This document shows, piece after piece, positions 8,431 through 17,708 of a DNA stretch of 64,000 nucleotides. The stretch's first letter is position 1; each line of letters opens with the position of its first letter. The translations under genes and the position numbers were made by a program. Source of the DNA: a virus. Location: IMG/VR virus record IMGVR_UViG_3300025683_000003; one strand, written 5' to 3'. The notes beneath the pieces were generated by a model. It was given only the letters and a program-made list of their open reading frames with translations. It made no database searches and was not told the DNA's origin.

Positions 8431-8787
8431 CTATTTCTTTGGCACATTTTTACAAGGAATTTTATAATATGTTTGAACTTCCTCAACAGAAATATATCCT
8501 TCTTGCCATATTTTAATAGGGTTACTAAAAGCATCTTCATGATCTACTAGTGTAAAAACGCGAAGATCTGCAAGAATATCTTTGTCTTTTTTGTATTTCC
8601 CTAATTTATAGTAATTGTTACTATCACCATTATAATAGCAAGTATTAATATTTAAAGCAATATTTAATTGCCTCTTCAAGTCAATTACCTCTGCCTTAAG
8701 TTGTTGGTTTTCAATGACGTAGTTACCTTCTGTTTTGACGTTACACCCTACCATAAATACGAAGCTTAACAAAATTAATATCTTCAT
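8431..8787 (-). CDS. Putative lipoprotein
   Basis: MKILILLSFVFMVG-C lipobox. Confidence 0.6.
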   Translation of the reverse strand: MKILILLSFVFMVGCNVKTEGNYVIENQQLKAEVIDLKRQLNIALNINTCYYNGDSNNYYKLGKYKKDKDILADLRVFTLVDHEDAFSNPIKIWQEGYISVEEVQTYYKIPCKNVPKK

Positions 8788-8927
8788 ACAAACAATCTCC
8801 TCTGTTCATTAAACTCTTCTATTGTGATTCTATACCCCTCATAAAACATAATTCCAGTCCATAAATCTTTTGGCCATTTATAATCATGATCGTGCAATGC
8901 TTTGCGTATAGCTGAGGTTTTGTCCAT
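8784..8927 (-). CDS. Small hypothetical protein (47 aa, below the track cutoff)
   Basis: MDKTSAIRK...RLFV; TAATG and ATGA coupling. Confidence 0.55.
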   Translation of the reverse strand: MDKTSAIRKALHDHDYKWPKDLWTGIMFYEGYRITIEEFNEQRRLFV

Positions 8928-9325
8928 TAAAAATCCTCCAAGCAAGAGATAAAGGCTTCATGAACTACTTTATGAACTAAATTTTCATCTTTTTTATCAA
9001 ACTCTTTGCACTCTGCGTCTGCTTCAGTAGCTTTGGCAAACTTTAAGAAAGGTAAATGAGTCCATCTGTCTTGATTCTTATTGTAGACAGCTATACAATA
9101 GTATTTATCCTCCACAAGTTATTCCTTTTCGTATGGGATCATAATTGTCTCAACGTTTCTTTGTCGAATATGTTGTTCAATTACAGATCTGGCTGCATCT
9201 TCGGACGTACATATATAATATAGATATATCTTATGCCATCCTGTTAACCAAAGAAGTATATTTTTGTACCTATACTCTGGGTGGTACATATATCCAGTTT
9301 TTCTAATTCTATACTCTAATTCCAT
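8927..9325 (-). CDS. Two small hypothetical ORFs (8927..9115, 9119..9325)
   Basis: Tight packing on the coding strand. Confidence 0.55.
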
Positions 9326-9328
9326 TAA

Positions 9329-9700
9329 CTACCTCCACTTTAACCCTACCTTTTTTAAAACTTCTATAGCCTCATCACTTGGATTTTGCACATCGAAGAA
9401 GACAAATTCTCCTGTGTCTGGGTCTGTAATATGCATATATTCTGGTACTCCAAAATTTGCCTGTGACTTTGAAATTAAGGATATAAATTCTTCATCCGAC
9501 AAACCATCTTCCGCATCCCATCCGTTATCCATCATACCAAGCTGATTTAACTTTGTCAATGGTGGAAGCATCCCTTGTTCTTCTATTTTAGTCAATAAGA
9601 AGTCGCTAAACTCCCCATCGTCTAAATACGATAAAGGGCCATTGCCGTATCGCTCTGCAAAATAAGTTTCAATTAGTCGTACCATTTCGCTACGTTTCAT
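9329..9700 (-). CDS. Hypothetical protein (MKRSEM family)
   Basis: MKRSEM...IEEQGMLPP. Confidence 0.65.
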   Translation of the reverse strand: MKRSEMVRLIETYFAERYGNGPLSYLDDGEFSDFLLTKIEEQGMLPPLTKLNQLGMMDNGWDAEDGLSDEEFISLISKSQANFGVPEYMHITDPDTGEFVFFDVQNPSDEAIEVLKKVGLKWR

Positions 9701-9921
9701 TGCTGATCGTCCCCTTTAAATTCAGCTTCATACACATAAACCGATCTATCCTCGCAGGTAATTGTAGTCTTATGGCTTACTGTATCAACCTCAACAAAAA
9801 AAGGGATGCCGTTGCATGCTTTATACACATTATTTAAAAATTCTGGCCCTAGGACAATCTTTCTGGTCTCACACCCAGTCGACAAAAATAACGCCAATAA
9901 AATAATGCTACGTTTCATCAC
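9697..9921 (-). CDS. Putative small lipoprotein
   Basis: MKRSIILLALFLSTG-C lipobox plus two further Cys. Confidence 0.6.
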   Translation of the reverse strand: MMKRSIILLALFLSTGCETRKIVLGPEFLNNVYKACNGIPFFVEVDTVSHKTTITCEDRSVYVYEAEFKGDDQQ

Positions 9922-10433
9922 TCCCCCTTTAATTTCTTCCGCAAATCTTCCATTGATAATGGAATTCCATTTATATTTTCTACAGATACATTAATATAGC
10001 GTGGATCTAATCCACCATCTTCAAATCTTATGGAATTGTGATGCACATGACCATGAACATTAATTTTACCGCGAAGTTCTTGCGGATGAACTGGGGCATG
10101 ACTGAGCCACATGCCATTTTCTTTAACTATACCAAAAACGTTATTAAAATACTTTAAGTAGGCTTCAGTGGATTGTGTGTCGTGATTGCCACGAACTAGG
10201 CGCTTGTACCCTCTAAGTCTATCAACAAGTTTTAAAGCCTCTCCAGAGAATGCCACATCTCCCAGCACCCAAACCATGTCATTTTTTTGAACTACAGAGT
10301 TCCACTGTGAGATAATCCATTCATCATGCTCTTCAATATTAGTACCACCCCTTTGTGGGCTAAACCCTAATATCTTTTTGTGGCCTAAATGTAGATCTCC
10401 AATGAAAAACGTGTTACTCATGGCTGTCTCCAA
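9918..10433 (-). CDS. Calcineurin-like metallophosphoesterase
   Basis: GDLHLGH, LGDV, RGNHD, SHAP and HGHVH motifs. Confidence 0.9.
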   Translation of the reverse strand: METAMSNTFFIGDLHLGHKKILGFSPQRGGTNIEEHDEWIISQWNSVVQKNDMVWVLGDVAFSGEALKLVDRLRGYKRLVRGNHDTQSTEAYLKYFNNVFGIVKENGMWLSHAPVHPQELRGKINVHGHVHHNSIRFEDGGLDPRYINVSVENINGIPLSMEDLRKKLKGE

Positions 10434-10810
10434 AATTGTATAGACTGGCTACCAGCACTTGTTTTTTGTAAACTCTTATTATCTAGCATATAAAAATATA
10501 ATTCAAACATATCAGAGCATCTTCGTTTAGACGCTATCCTCTGCAAGTCAATCTCTGTATGGTATGGGGATGCTACACGGCTTTTTCTATTTTTTTCATT
10601 TAAATACAACATACAATCTCTAACAATGAGCGCCTCTCTAAGGGTTTTATATCGTCCACACATCATAGTCTTATGACCGCAAGATTGCGTTACTCTATAT
10701 GTAAGGCCATCTTTTCTTGTGTATGTCTCATGTATTGAGGTTAGATTAGCCTCTCGATATTCTTTTCCTGGAACTCTGATTATTTTTTTAACATACAATC
10801 TCTTATTCAT
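10418..10810 (-). CDS. Hypothetical protein, possibly an AP2-like DNA-binding domain
   Basis: YRVTQSCGHKTMMCGRYKTLREALIVRD resembles the AP2 pattern G.f.T.eeA...rD. Confidence 0.4.
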   Translation of the reverse strand: MNKRLYVKKIIRVPGKEYREANLTSIHETYTRKDGLTYRVTQSCGHKTMMCGRYKTLREALIVRDCMLYLNEKNRKSRVASPYHTEIDLQRIASKRRCSDMFELYFYMLDNKSLQKTSAGSQSIQFWRQP

Positions 10811-10812
10811 AG

Positions 10813-11088
10813 CTAACCTCGCAATTTCTTTAGTGCATCACCTGCGCAATAATGACACTCTAACTCTGTTGTTGTTTCATCACCCTTTGTAGAAGCTTTT
10901 TGAATTCCTTCCAGAGCCTCGACAGCAATTAAAAGCTTTGCTTCCAATCTATCAATAATCCAATCTCTAGATTCTAGGTTATTCTCAAGCTCCTCCAATT
11001 CCATATATGCTTGTTCTAGATCAATCAAAAGGCATCTTGGACAATTATATTGCTGTGAAATTGTGTGACAATATTCTCGTTTACTCAT
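10813..11088 (-). CDS. Hypothetical coiled-coil protein (KLxxxxEAL family)
   Basis: N-terminal CH...CPRC plus KLLIAVEAL. Confidence 0.6.
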   Translation of the reverse strand: MSKREYCHTISQQYNCPRCLLIDLEQAYMELEELENNLESRDWIIDRLEAKLLIAVEALEGIQKASTKGDETTTELECHYCAGDALKKLRG

Positions 11089-11096
11089 TTAAACTC

Positions 11097-11576
11097 CTAC
11101 TTTCCAGACGATCCATAACCTTGGTCGCCTCGTTCAGTTGATGATAACTCATCTACTTCTACTAAGTCAATAGCTGGATATGGAATAATTAACAATTGAC
11201 AGATTCTGTCACCAGGATTGTAAGAACCTATATGACCAACCTCTAAATTGTATGAGTGATTCTCGTTAACTGTGTTAAATCTAGCAGTTATCTCTCCTCG
11301 AAAATTTGAATCAATCACTCCAACAGCATTCCCTAAGGTCATATTAGTTTTAACAATAGACGATCTTGGGAATATCAAGCCGACATATCCTTCTGGGATT
11401 TCAACAGCAATACCTGTCCCATACACATACTGACATTGATTGTTGACATACTCGATTTTTTTCGTCATAGCCGTTAAATCAATCCCTGCATCCCCATCTC
11501 GTGAATATTTTGGTGTTGGCACTCCACCCATTAACTTTTTAAACTTAACTGGCATCTTAGTTTGTGGATACTTCAT
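11097..11576 (-). CDS. dut: Trimeric dUTPase
   Basis: Motifs AGIDL, PRSS, GVIDSNFRG, GDRICQ and RGDQGYGSSG. Confidence 0.95.
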   Translation of the reverse strand: MKYPQTKMPVKFKKLMGGVPTPKYSRDGDAGIDLTAMTKKIEYVNNQCQYVYGTGIAVEIPEGYVGLIFPRSSIVKTNMTLGNAVGVIDSNFRGEITARFNTVNENHSYNLEVGHIGSYNPGDRICQLLIIPYPAIDLVEVDELSSTERGDQGYGSSGK

Positions 11577-11761
11577 ACTTTCTCCTTATTTTTAACATCT
11601 TTAAAGACCATATCATCAACTGTATCGTATAATCGTATTCCTATTAGTAGGAAAATTTTTAGCTCTATAACAATTGGATTAACCTTTGTGTGCAAAGAGT
11701 TCAGCATATTCTTCTTTAAATCAGAAAGGGTTTCCTGTAAGTCAAGTTGGATATTTTTCAT
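11573..11761 (-). CDS. Small DL-motif family protein, cluster B
   Basis: 62 aa; ends VDDMVFKDV. Confidence 0.75.
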   Translation of the reverse strand: MKNIQLDLQETLSDLKKNMLNSLHTKVNPIVIELKIFLLIGIRLYDTVDDMVFKDVKNKEKV

Positions 11762-11985
11762 GCCTTCCCACTCTTCATACTTACTCTTATCTCTTCTAAA
11801 TCTTTCATCACTTGCGAATCTACTGGCTCATAGACGTAGTCAACCAGCAGGCATCCAAGTTCTCCATTAAGTCCAACGCTATCTCTTATGGCTTGCTCAA
11901 CTCTTTTGTTTACAAAATCTGCAATTACCCTAATATTCATGACTGGTATGCTATCTAGATAAAGTTCCCACTCAAGGTTTCTCAT
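11758..11985 (-). CDS. Small DL-motif family protein, cluster B
   Basis: 75 aa; YEPVDSQVMKDL. Confidence 0.75.
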   Translation of the reverse strand: MRNLEWELYLDSIPVMNIRVIADFVNKRVEQAIRDSVGLNGELGCLLVDYVYEPVDSQVMKDLEEIRVSMKSGKA

Positions 11986-12193
11986 ACAAGACCCTATTCA
12001 TATCCCTTAAATCTTTCATAATTCCCATTTCTACAACTCTTGATATGTTATGTAAAATACGATCAGATACTCCTCCATAAATAATAATGTCTGGCTTTTC
12101 TATCAAATCTTCAAAATCATGCATCATCCATCGAATTTTATTATTAAATTGGGGTTTCATACTTTCCCATAACTGATTCTGTAAATTTTTCAT
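11972..12193 (-). CDS. Small DL-motif family protein, cluster B
   Basis: 73 aa; VEMGIMKDL. Confidence 0.75.
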   Translation of the reverse strand: MKNLQNQLWESMKPQFNNKIRWMMHDFEDLIEKPDIIIYGGVSDRILHNISRVVEMGIMKDLRDMNRVLYEKP

Positions 12194-12387
12194 ACAAACC
12201 TACTTTTTATATCAACCACTATCATTTGTGTGACTGGTAGTCTTAATTCCATTTCTCTTTTTTTAAGACCTATTTTTTCATATAAATCAAATCTCAATTG
12301 AATTTCAAGCAATTCCCTTGTAGCAACCCCAATATCTATATTCATTTTAGTGATGCTTCCCATTGAAATTTTACTAAGATTATTCAT
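12190..12387 (-). CDS. Small DL-motif family protein, cluster B
   Basis: 65 aa; LRFDLYEK and VTQMIVVDI. Confidence 0.75.
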   Translation of the reverse strand: MNNLSKISMGSITKMNIDIGVATRELLEIQLRFDLYEKIGLKKREMELRLPVTQMIVVDIKSRFV

Positions 12388-12590
12388 GATGGATTCACCT
12401 TTTTGAGGTCTCTTTCTAATTGATTGTATGTTTGTATATAAATGTGTTCATGTATTTTTTTAAAAATAATAGCGTATATTTTCCTAGAGATATGTCTATT
12501 TACTGGCTCAATACCTATGTCTAAATCTGCTATTCTATGTAGCGGACCATGATTATAATAAGATAGCAGATTAAGCTCTATTGGAATCAT
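12384..12590 (-). CDS. Small DL-motif family protein, cluster B
   Basis: 68 aa; TYNQLERDL. Confidence 0.75.
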   Translation of the reverse strand: MIPIELNLLSYYNHGPLHRIADLDIGIEPVNRHISRKIYAIIFKKIHEHIYIQTYNQLERDLKKVNPS

Positions 12591-12805
12591 TATGCGTTTT
12601 CCTTAAAATTAAGAAGATCTGAGTATGTTGAACTTTCTACCACACCAGAAACTTTTATTATTAACTTTTCACCTAGCAAAACATCTAAATATCCACATAT
12701 AGCTATTTGTTTATAGGGCGTAACTTTACGCATACTAAGAAAGGATACCAATTCTTCACGAACCCTACCTACATTTAATAGATACGCCACATTTCTCATA
12801 ATCAC
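12590..12805 (-). CDS. Small DL-motif family protein, cluster B
   Basis: 71 aa; VESSTYSDL. Confidence 0.75.
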   Translation of the reverse strand: MIMRNVAYLLNVGRVREELVSFLSMRKVTPYKQIAICGYLDVLLGEKLIIKVSGVVESSTYSDLLNFKENA

Positions 12806-13951
12806 CTAAAATAAGTCTAAAATTTTACCAAAGTCTGGATGAAAAGATCCTTCAGCAGTACGTAGCCACAAAACTGGAAACTTTGGCTTTAATGGAATGT
12901 CTGCTGGGTCCATATCAGTCACATAAACTGCAACGTCACAGCCTAGCTTTGCAGCCGCATCAAAGGCTGGTTGGTACAATGTTCCACCCCTTCCTTTAAA
13001 TCCGTTAAATTTTGCTTTTTTAAATTCATATGGAGGTTTTTGCACTGTTGCATCAGCTTCAATAACCCAAATCTCATAGCCAAGCTTTTCAAGCTTCACC
13101 ATCTCAGCAACGGCCATTTGCAGCATATCTTCAGACATAGAGCCTGATGTGTCTACAATAAAAGCAATTGTAGGTGTAAAAATACGCTTTTTACCAGGTA
13201 TTGTAAAACCATAGCGTCTATTTCGCTTATTTCTTGTAATTTTATAGCTATGATCAACAGCAGAGGTAATGTATCTTTTCATTACAGCTCTCCAGTCAAC
13301 CTTACTTTTCTTAAAACTATCAATAGTCAGATCAGCAATTCCTGGAATATCACCAGGGCCGCAATGCTTTCTTGCATTTTCTAAAATACCTACAGTGAGA
13401 GCTTTACCTAAGGTAGGGTTATCGTTACCCCAATCGTGTTCATCAAAATTGGGCATGCTAACAATTTTTTCTTGTAATTCGTTTTTAACTTGTTTCAAGT
13501 AATTGAAGTAGTATTCAGAAGTCTCATTCTCCTTGATGCTATTATCCTCACAGAATTTACGAAGACTATCAACTGTCCAGGGTTTGAATTCCCCTTCTTT
13601 TGGAAAAAGAACTTTAGCGTCTGTTAAAATTTCATGTATTGCAATGTCTTTCGCTATATTTGCAATCGTATGATCGTTTTTGTTGGGCAAACGCTCTCCC
13701 CCTAAATGCCCAAGGACAATGTGGGCCATTTCATGGCACACTACAAAGACTCTTTGTTCTGGAGTTAATTTTTCAAAAAACTCAGTGCCAATAGTCATGT
13801 GCACTGATGAGCCTTGTATCCTAACTCCAGCTGTGGGGAATTTTTTGTCAAAACCAACCTTTAGCTGCAATAATATATGTGCAAAATATTTATGTCTAGA
13901 CACAAGCCTAATGATTGTATCTTCATACATCGAACGAACTGATCTGGACAT
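12806..13951 (-). CDS. VWA domain protein with an N-terminal HExxH metallopeptidase-like domain (DUF2201-type)
   Basis: VCHEMAH; MIDAS DTSGSM; GRGGT; VYVTD. Probable start MSRS at 13951 with a GGAGG SD. Confidence 0.88.
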   Translation of the reverse strand: MSRSVRSMYEDTIIRLVSRHKYFAHILLQLKVGFDKKFPTAGVRIQGSSVHMTIGTEFFEKLTPEQRVFVVCHEMAHIVLGHLGGERLPNKNDHTIANIAKDIAIHEILTDAKVLFPKEGEFKPWTVDSLRKFCEDNSIKENETSEYYFNYLKQVKNELQEKIVSMPNFDEHDWGNDNPTLGKALTVGILENARKHCGPGDIPGIADLTIDSFKKSKVDWRAVMKRYITSAVDHSYKITRNKRNRRYGFTIPGKKRIFTPTIAFIVDTSGSMSEDMLQMAVAEMVKLEKLGYEIWVIEADATVQKPPYEFKKAKFNGFKGRGGTLYQPAFDAAAKLGCDVAVYVTDMDPADIPLKPKFPVLWLRTAEGSFHPDFGKILDLF

Positions 13952-13970
13952 AAATTCCTCCATTAATACA

Positions 13971-13999
13971 ATACTACACCAACAAGCATGCTTGGTCAA
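13971..13999 (-). promoter_or_regulatory. Sigma70-type promoter with a 12-bp palindrome in the spacer
   Basis: TTGACC-17 nt-TAGTAT; palindrome CAAGCATGCTTG at 13983-13994. Confidence 0.55.
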
Positions 14000-14211
14000 T
14001 TATCTTTATTTTTCGTTAGGTCAACTTCGACCATACTTTTTGTCTGATTATATACATGCTCTATTCTATGCTCAACAAGATATTCAAGCCTTTCCTCAAT
14101 CTCATCAATAATTTCAGATGAGGTGAGGCTAAGTAATCCGCTCCGAGGTCTCCCCCAGAGCAGGAAATTCATTCTTGTGTAGTCACGAAACTTATAGTTT
14201 AAGTTAATCAT
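13996..14211 (-). CDS. Small DL-motif family protein inside the AAA/VWA operon
   Basis: 71 aa; RLEYL and TKSMVEVDL. Confidence 0.75.
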   Translation of the reverse strand: MINLNYKFRDYTRMNFLLWGRPRSGLLSLTSSEIIDEIEERLEYLVEHRIEHVYNQTKSMVEVDLTKNKDN

Positions 14212-14217
14212 AATCCC

Positions 14218-14850
14218 TTAGATCTTTTGAAAGATAGTCTGTCCTAGGGGTGAATGGAATTTAGCACAAGCTTTGAGCCACTCTTCCTTCGTCATAGACT
14301 CACCCTCATAAGCATAGATTTCATATCCATCTCGATACTGTAGTGATGCAGTTTGATTTGCTGTTAATTTCCCATCTACAGAGTCTACATGGATCACAGA
14401 AGGGAAGTCACAGATAATGGCAGCTTCATCAAAAGTCCACAGGAAATGTAAGTGATGTGAGTGCTCAAGGAATTCGTTGAATAACGGGAACTCATCATTC
14501 TTCTCTGGAAATAAAACATGTAAAACATAGTCGTAGAATGCATAAGAACTCATCCACCAATTACTTCTGGCCATTTCGTAATACTCTAAAGTCTCACCTG
14601 GCTGCAAATTTCTGGCATCTACATTTCGAGCCAACTTATTACAAAGAATTTGCCCCTCTAGGGGAGATTGTACGATGTGGATTGGCGGTGTGGGTAAATT
14701 TAAAAGCTTAGTATAGATGAAGTCTACGGCTGCTTTTGCCTTTTCTACATCCATAGTCTCAGTTTTGTAGCCCAAGCTTAGCCATTTATTCAAATAAACT
14801 TCAATTTGTGCTTCTTGTTCTGGTGTTAATTTATCAATTACTTCGCTCAT
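14218..14850 (-). CDS. DUF6745-like protein
   Basis: N-terminal KLTPEQEAQI...KW...G...D.EKA..AV...Y...P.I..V.SP and C-terminal W.F...AIICDFP..IH.D...G.L......L.Y.DG..IY match the family as I recall it. Confidence 0.65.
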   Translation of the reverse strand: MSEVIDKLTPEQEAQIEVYLNKWLSLGYKTETMDVEKAKAAVDFIYTKLLNLPTPPIHIVQSPLEGQILCNKLARNVDARNLQPGETLEYYEMARSNWWMSSYAFYDYVLHVLFPEKNDEFPLFNEFLEHSHHLHFLWTFDEAAIICDFPSVIHVDSVDGKLTANQTASLQYRDGYEIYAYEGESMTKEEWLKACAKFHSPLGQTIFQKI

Positions 14851-14851
14851 A

Positions 14852-16105
14852 TTATGCCTCCTGGCTTTCTGTTAAGTTTTCTTCTTTATTTAATAATTCT
14901 TCAGTATCTTGCACATTATTATCAACACTGTCTACAACACTCTCACCCTCAGTAACAGCAACCTCAGACATTGCTGCTGGGTCTAGTGGAGCACTCTCGT
15001 CTTTAAATTTCTCATCAATCTTCTTTTGTGCCTCTTCACCTTGTTTGACCAACAAGTCGTCCATCTTGTTCTTTAATTTTTCAAGAAGACTTTGATTCTG
15101 CCCTAAGGTGTTGTTGATTGCTACTAAGCCTAAGCCTAAGATCTCCCGAGATGCATTAAACGCAATTTCAATAGGGATGTCTTGAAGGTACTTAGCTAAG
15201 TTGTCAGCCTGTGGCTGTGTTAGAGTGTTAGCAATCTTGATCTCCCGAATAATCTCTTCATTGATGATATTAATAACATCCAAATTATTCTCATATTTGC
15301 TTACTTCAGACGCCATCAATTGGTCATAGCCGCTCAAAACTTCTCTACCTCTAATCTTTTTACCGCTATACTTTCGGAAAGATAGGTATTTTACAGCCAT
15401 AGGTGTTCCAACAAGTCCTCGTACAACCTCAAATAGAGACTCCTCTAAGGGATTCGTTTGGATAAATGGGCTCACAAAATCGTGCCAGCTTCTTCGGAAT
15501 GGCTTCAATGTCGGCAAGTAGGAGACGGATGACTCCTCCAGACATTCTGGATTCTCATGGATAAAGGCTGTGACAGAATCATCTACACCGCTACGAACAG
15601 CATTCTCTAACCACTCTTCAACTGTTGGCTCAAGCGGGATATGGCACAGTCTAGATACAAGCGCCTCATCAGAGAAATCTCCGACAATAAATTGATCTGT
15701 TGGCGGATTTGCAAGAAGGATAAAATGCGTATCTTCTGGCAGAATATGTGTATGCAGCTTCTTATCTAAGATAAATGTCAACATACTTTGGATAATCGAC
15801 TTTGGCATACGATTAGCTTCATCAATAAGGATTAAATTTTTAGGCGTTTCTGGGAACCAGTCTGGGCGCAAATGTCGCACAGCATAATCGTTACCATCTT
15901 TGTCTTTCAGGGGGGATAATAGTCCAATAAGGTCGGAATTGTCTTCTACAGAAGCTAGGGTTAGGTATATAAAATTGTATCCCATATCCTTTGCAATCTG
16001 CTTAACAATAGATGTTTTTCCAATTCCAGCGCCTCCCCACAGCATTGTGGAAATTTTTGCCTTAAACAAGTTCGGTACAGTATTCTTAAACGTAGTGATA
16101 TTCAT
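14852..16105 (-). CDS. MoxR-family AAA+ ATPase
   Basis: Walker A GGAGIGKT, Walker B LIDEANR, ANP sensor, ALVSR Arg finger, RRSW; probable start MNITTF at 16105 with a GGAGG SD. Confidence 0.9.
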   Translation of the reverse strand: MNITTFKNTVPNLFKAKISTMLWGGAGIGKTSIVKQIAKDMGYNFIYLTLASVEDNSDLIGLLSPLKDKDGNDYAVRHLRPDWFPETPKNLILIDEANRMPKSIIQSMLTFILDKKLHTHILPEDTHFILLANPPTDQFIVGDFSDEALVSRLCHIPLEPTVEEWLENAVRSGVDDSVTAFIHENPECLEESSVSYLPTLKPFRRSWHDFVSPFIQTNPLEESLFEVVRGLVGTPMAVKYLSFRKYSGKKIRGREVLSGYDQLMASEVSKYENNLDVINIINEEIIREIKIANTLTQPQADNLAKYLQDIPIEIAFNASREILGLGLVAINNTLGQNQSLLEKLKNKMDDLLVKQGEEAQKKIDEKFKDESAPLDPAAMSEVAVTEGESVVDSVDNNVQDTEELLNKEENLTESQEA

Positions 16106-16125
16106 TAAATTCCTCCATTTTTTAT

Positions 16126-16154
16126 AAATTAACATTAAAAAAATAATTAATCAA
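16126..16154 (-). promoter_or_regulatory. Sigma70-type promoter
   Basis: TTGATT-17 nt-TAATTT with an extended -10 (TGt). Confidence 0.5.
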
Positions 16155-16158
16155 CATT

Positions 16159-16377
16159 TTATTTTCTTTGTATCACAATGATACTGCTTTCAATAGCATC
16201 TTGATATAATTGTTTATCAACTGGTTCATACAGACATCTTTCTGTTAAATAGTCAAGCTCTTCTTCCAGATCTGACGCCCTATCTAAGATTGCTGAGTAC
16301 AATACATAGTCTATATCATAATGAAATTCATTAAGACGGAGGATACGATTAATGTGCATCTGCTTCATTTGCTTCAT
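16159..16377 (-). CDS. Small DL-motif family protein upstream of the AAA gene
   Basis: 72 aa; YEPVDKQLYQD. Confidence 0.75.
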   Translation of the reverse strand: MKQMKQMHINRILRLNEFHYDIDYVLYSAILDRASDLEEELDYLTERCLYEPVDKQLYQDAIESSIIVIQRK

Positions 16378-16577
16378 TTGCTTCTCTTCAACACTTTAAA
16401 ATCGCGTTTTACTTGGGCATCTACCATATCTCCAATCATATATTCTAGTCGTAATTCAAATTCTATCCACAGTGGGTTTTCAATATGCACGTATATGATA
16501 TCTGTAATAAAGTCTATTGTCCTTCTGGGCCTTATATCTAACAATGACTGGAGATTTATTTGTTTATTTTGTTTCAC
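16374..16577 (-). CDS. Small DL-motif family protein upstream of the AAA gene
   Basis: 67 aa; RLEYM and VDAQVKRDF. Confidence 0.75.
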   Translation of the reverse strand: MKQNKQINLQSLLDIRPRRTIDFITDIIYVHIENPLWIEFELRLEYMIGDMVDAQVKRDFKVLKRSK

Positions 16578-17085
16578 TGCCAGATTTCTCCCCTTTATCT
16601 TTCTTCTTTAGCTTTTTGTATATCAAATACCCACCAACAATGATAGTTCCGCCTGGAACAAATATAGCAATCAACGTTAGCTGCTTCTTAGTCAATTTCA
16701 TCAGATCTTCTCTCCGCAGCGTAAGTGCGCTTACCCTCATAGTAGTCATCTATATAATCTGAACCTTTCGCTGTAAACAAATCTTCCAACACTTTGATTG
16801 CTGATGGGTATATTTTGTGAGAACTCTGACCCTTCTTCTGAGTATAAGTAACACAATCTATAATGAACCCATCTCGATAATCACTCAAATGGAAGGATAT
16901 TCTAATCGGAAGCATCTCTCCGTTGGGCTTCAAGTATATTTTAAAATCTCTTTCCCACATAACTATCTCCCTAAATATTGAGCAATCATATCTCTAGACT
17001 TTTTAAACCCCAGATAGTACCCAACCATCAGGCCTGTAAAGAATGTAATTCCACAAAAGAAAACTGTTAGAAGTAGCGTCTCCAT
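16564..17085 (-). CDS. Three small ORFs: single-TM 16564..~16698, 16688..16960, single-TM 16963..17085 (40 aa, not in track)
   Basis: Hydrophobic segments IAIFVPGGTIIVGGYLIY and LLLTVFFCGITFFTGLMVGYYLG; tight coupling. Confidence 0.55.
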
Positions 17086-17642
17086 TAGAACTCCAGTCCA
17101 ATCCCTAAAAGGATGCTTTCGTTAGTTTGTAATTGTATGGTTCCAGATAGGTAGTCGAATCGTCGTGTATATTGGATAGCTCCAACCGCGTCATGCTTTA
17201 AATCAGCCTCTACCTTATTACCTACTAGCTTACCATCAATACTCACAGGCCCTCTTCCTGCTAATACAGTTACATTATTCTTTTTAAGCTTTCTGGCAAC
17301 AAATACAAGCTTCTCCTGCACTACCACTACCTTTTCGGCTGGTTTATTTTGGGCAGCATGAAGCTTTGCAGACACAAAGTTAAGGCTTTGTGCTAACTGC
17401 TCATTCTCAGACTCTAGATTTTTTAATTTCTTTTTTAAAAGAGCTACTTCAAGCTCACATTTAGACGCTTTTCTTACTACAATGTGGGTTTTTTGCGAAT
17501 AGGTGGTGCAATTATGACCGTTACACTTTTTTATAACTTCTTGGTCTAATGGGCACTCAGTTTTAGTGCAGACCTCTTGGGCATTTACTGCTAATTGTAA
17601 AAAAAGAACTGCTAAAAATATAAAGATCGTTTTTGTTGACAT
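17085..17642 (-). CDS. Secreted protein: signal peptide, Cys pairs, coiled coil and C-terminal beta-strands ending in Phe
   Basis: MSTKTIFIFLAVLFLQLAVNA signal; heptad LKKKLKNLESENEQL; ends ILLGIGLEF. Confidence 0.65.
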   Translation of the reverse strand: MSTKTIFIFLAVLFLQLAVNAQEVCTKTECPLDQEVIKKCNGHNCTTYSQKTHIVVRKASKCELEVALLKKKLKNLESENEQLAQSLNFVSAKLHAAQNKPAEKVVVVQEKLVFVARKLKKNNVTVLAGRGPVSIDGKLVGNKVEADLKHDAVGAIQYTRRFDYLSGTIQLQTNESILLGIGLEF

Positions 17643-17661
17643 AAATCCTCCTGTTTCAATG

Positions 17662-17689
17662 AATATATCACAAGAGGATCTGGATGCAA
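17662..17689 (-). promoter_or_regulatory. Sigma70-type promoter
   Basis: AATAATTC-TTGCAT-16 nt-TATATT with a TGa extension; AGGAGG RBS downstream. Confidence 0.55.
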
Positions 17690-17708
17690 GAATTATTTTA
17701 TTGTTGTA

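Noticed and set aside
763-16577. Diversity-generating retroelement as the source of mini-gene variation
   Set aside because: No reverse transcriptase and no template/variable repeat pair differing at adenines were seen.
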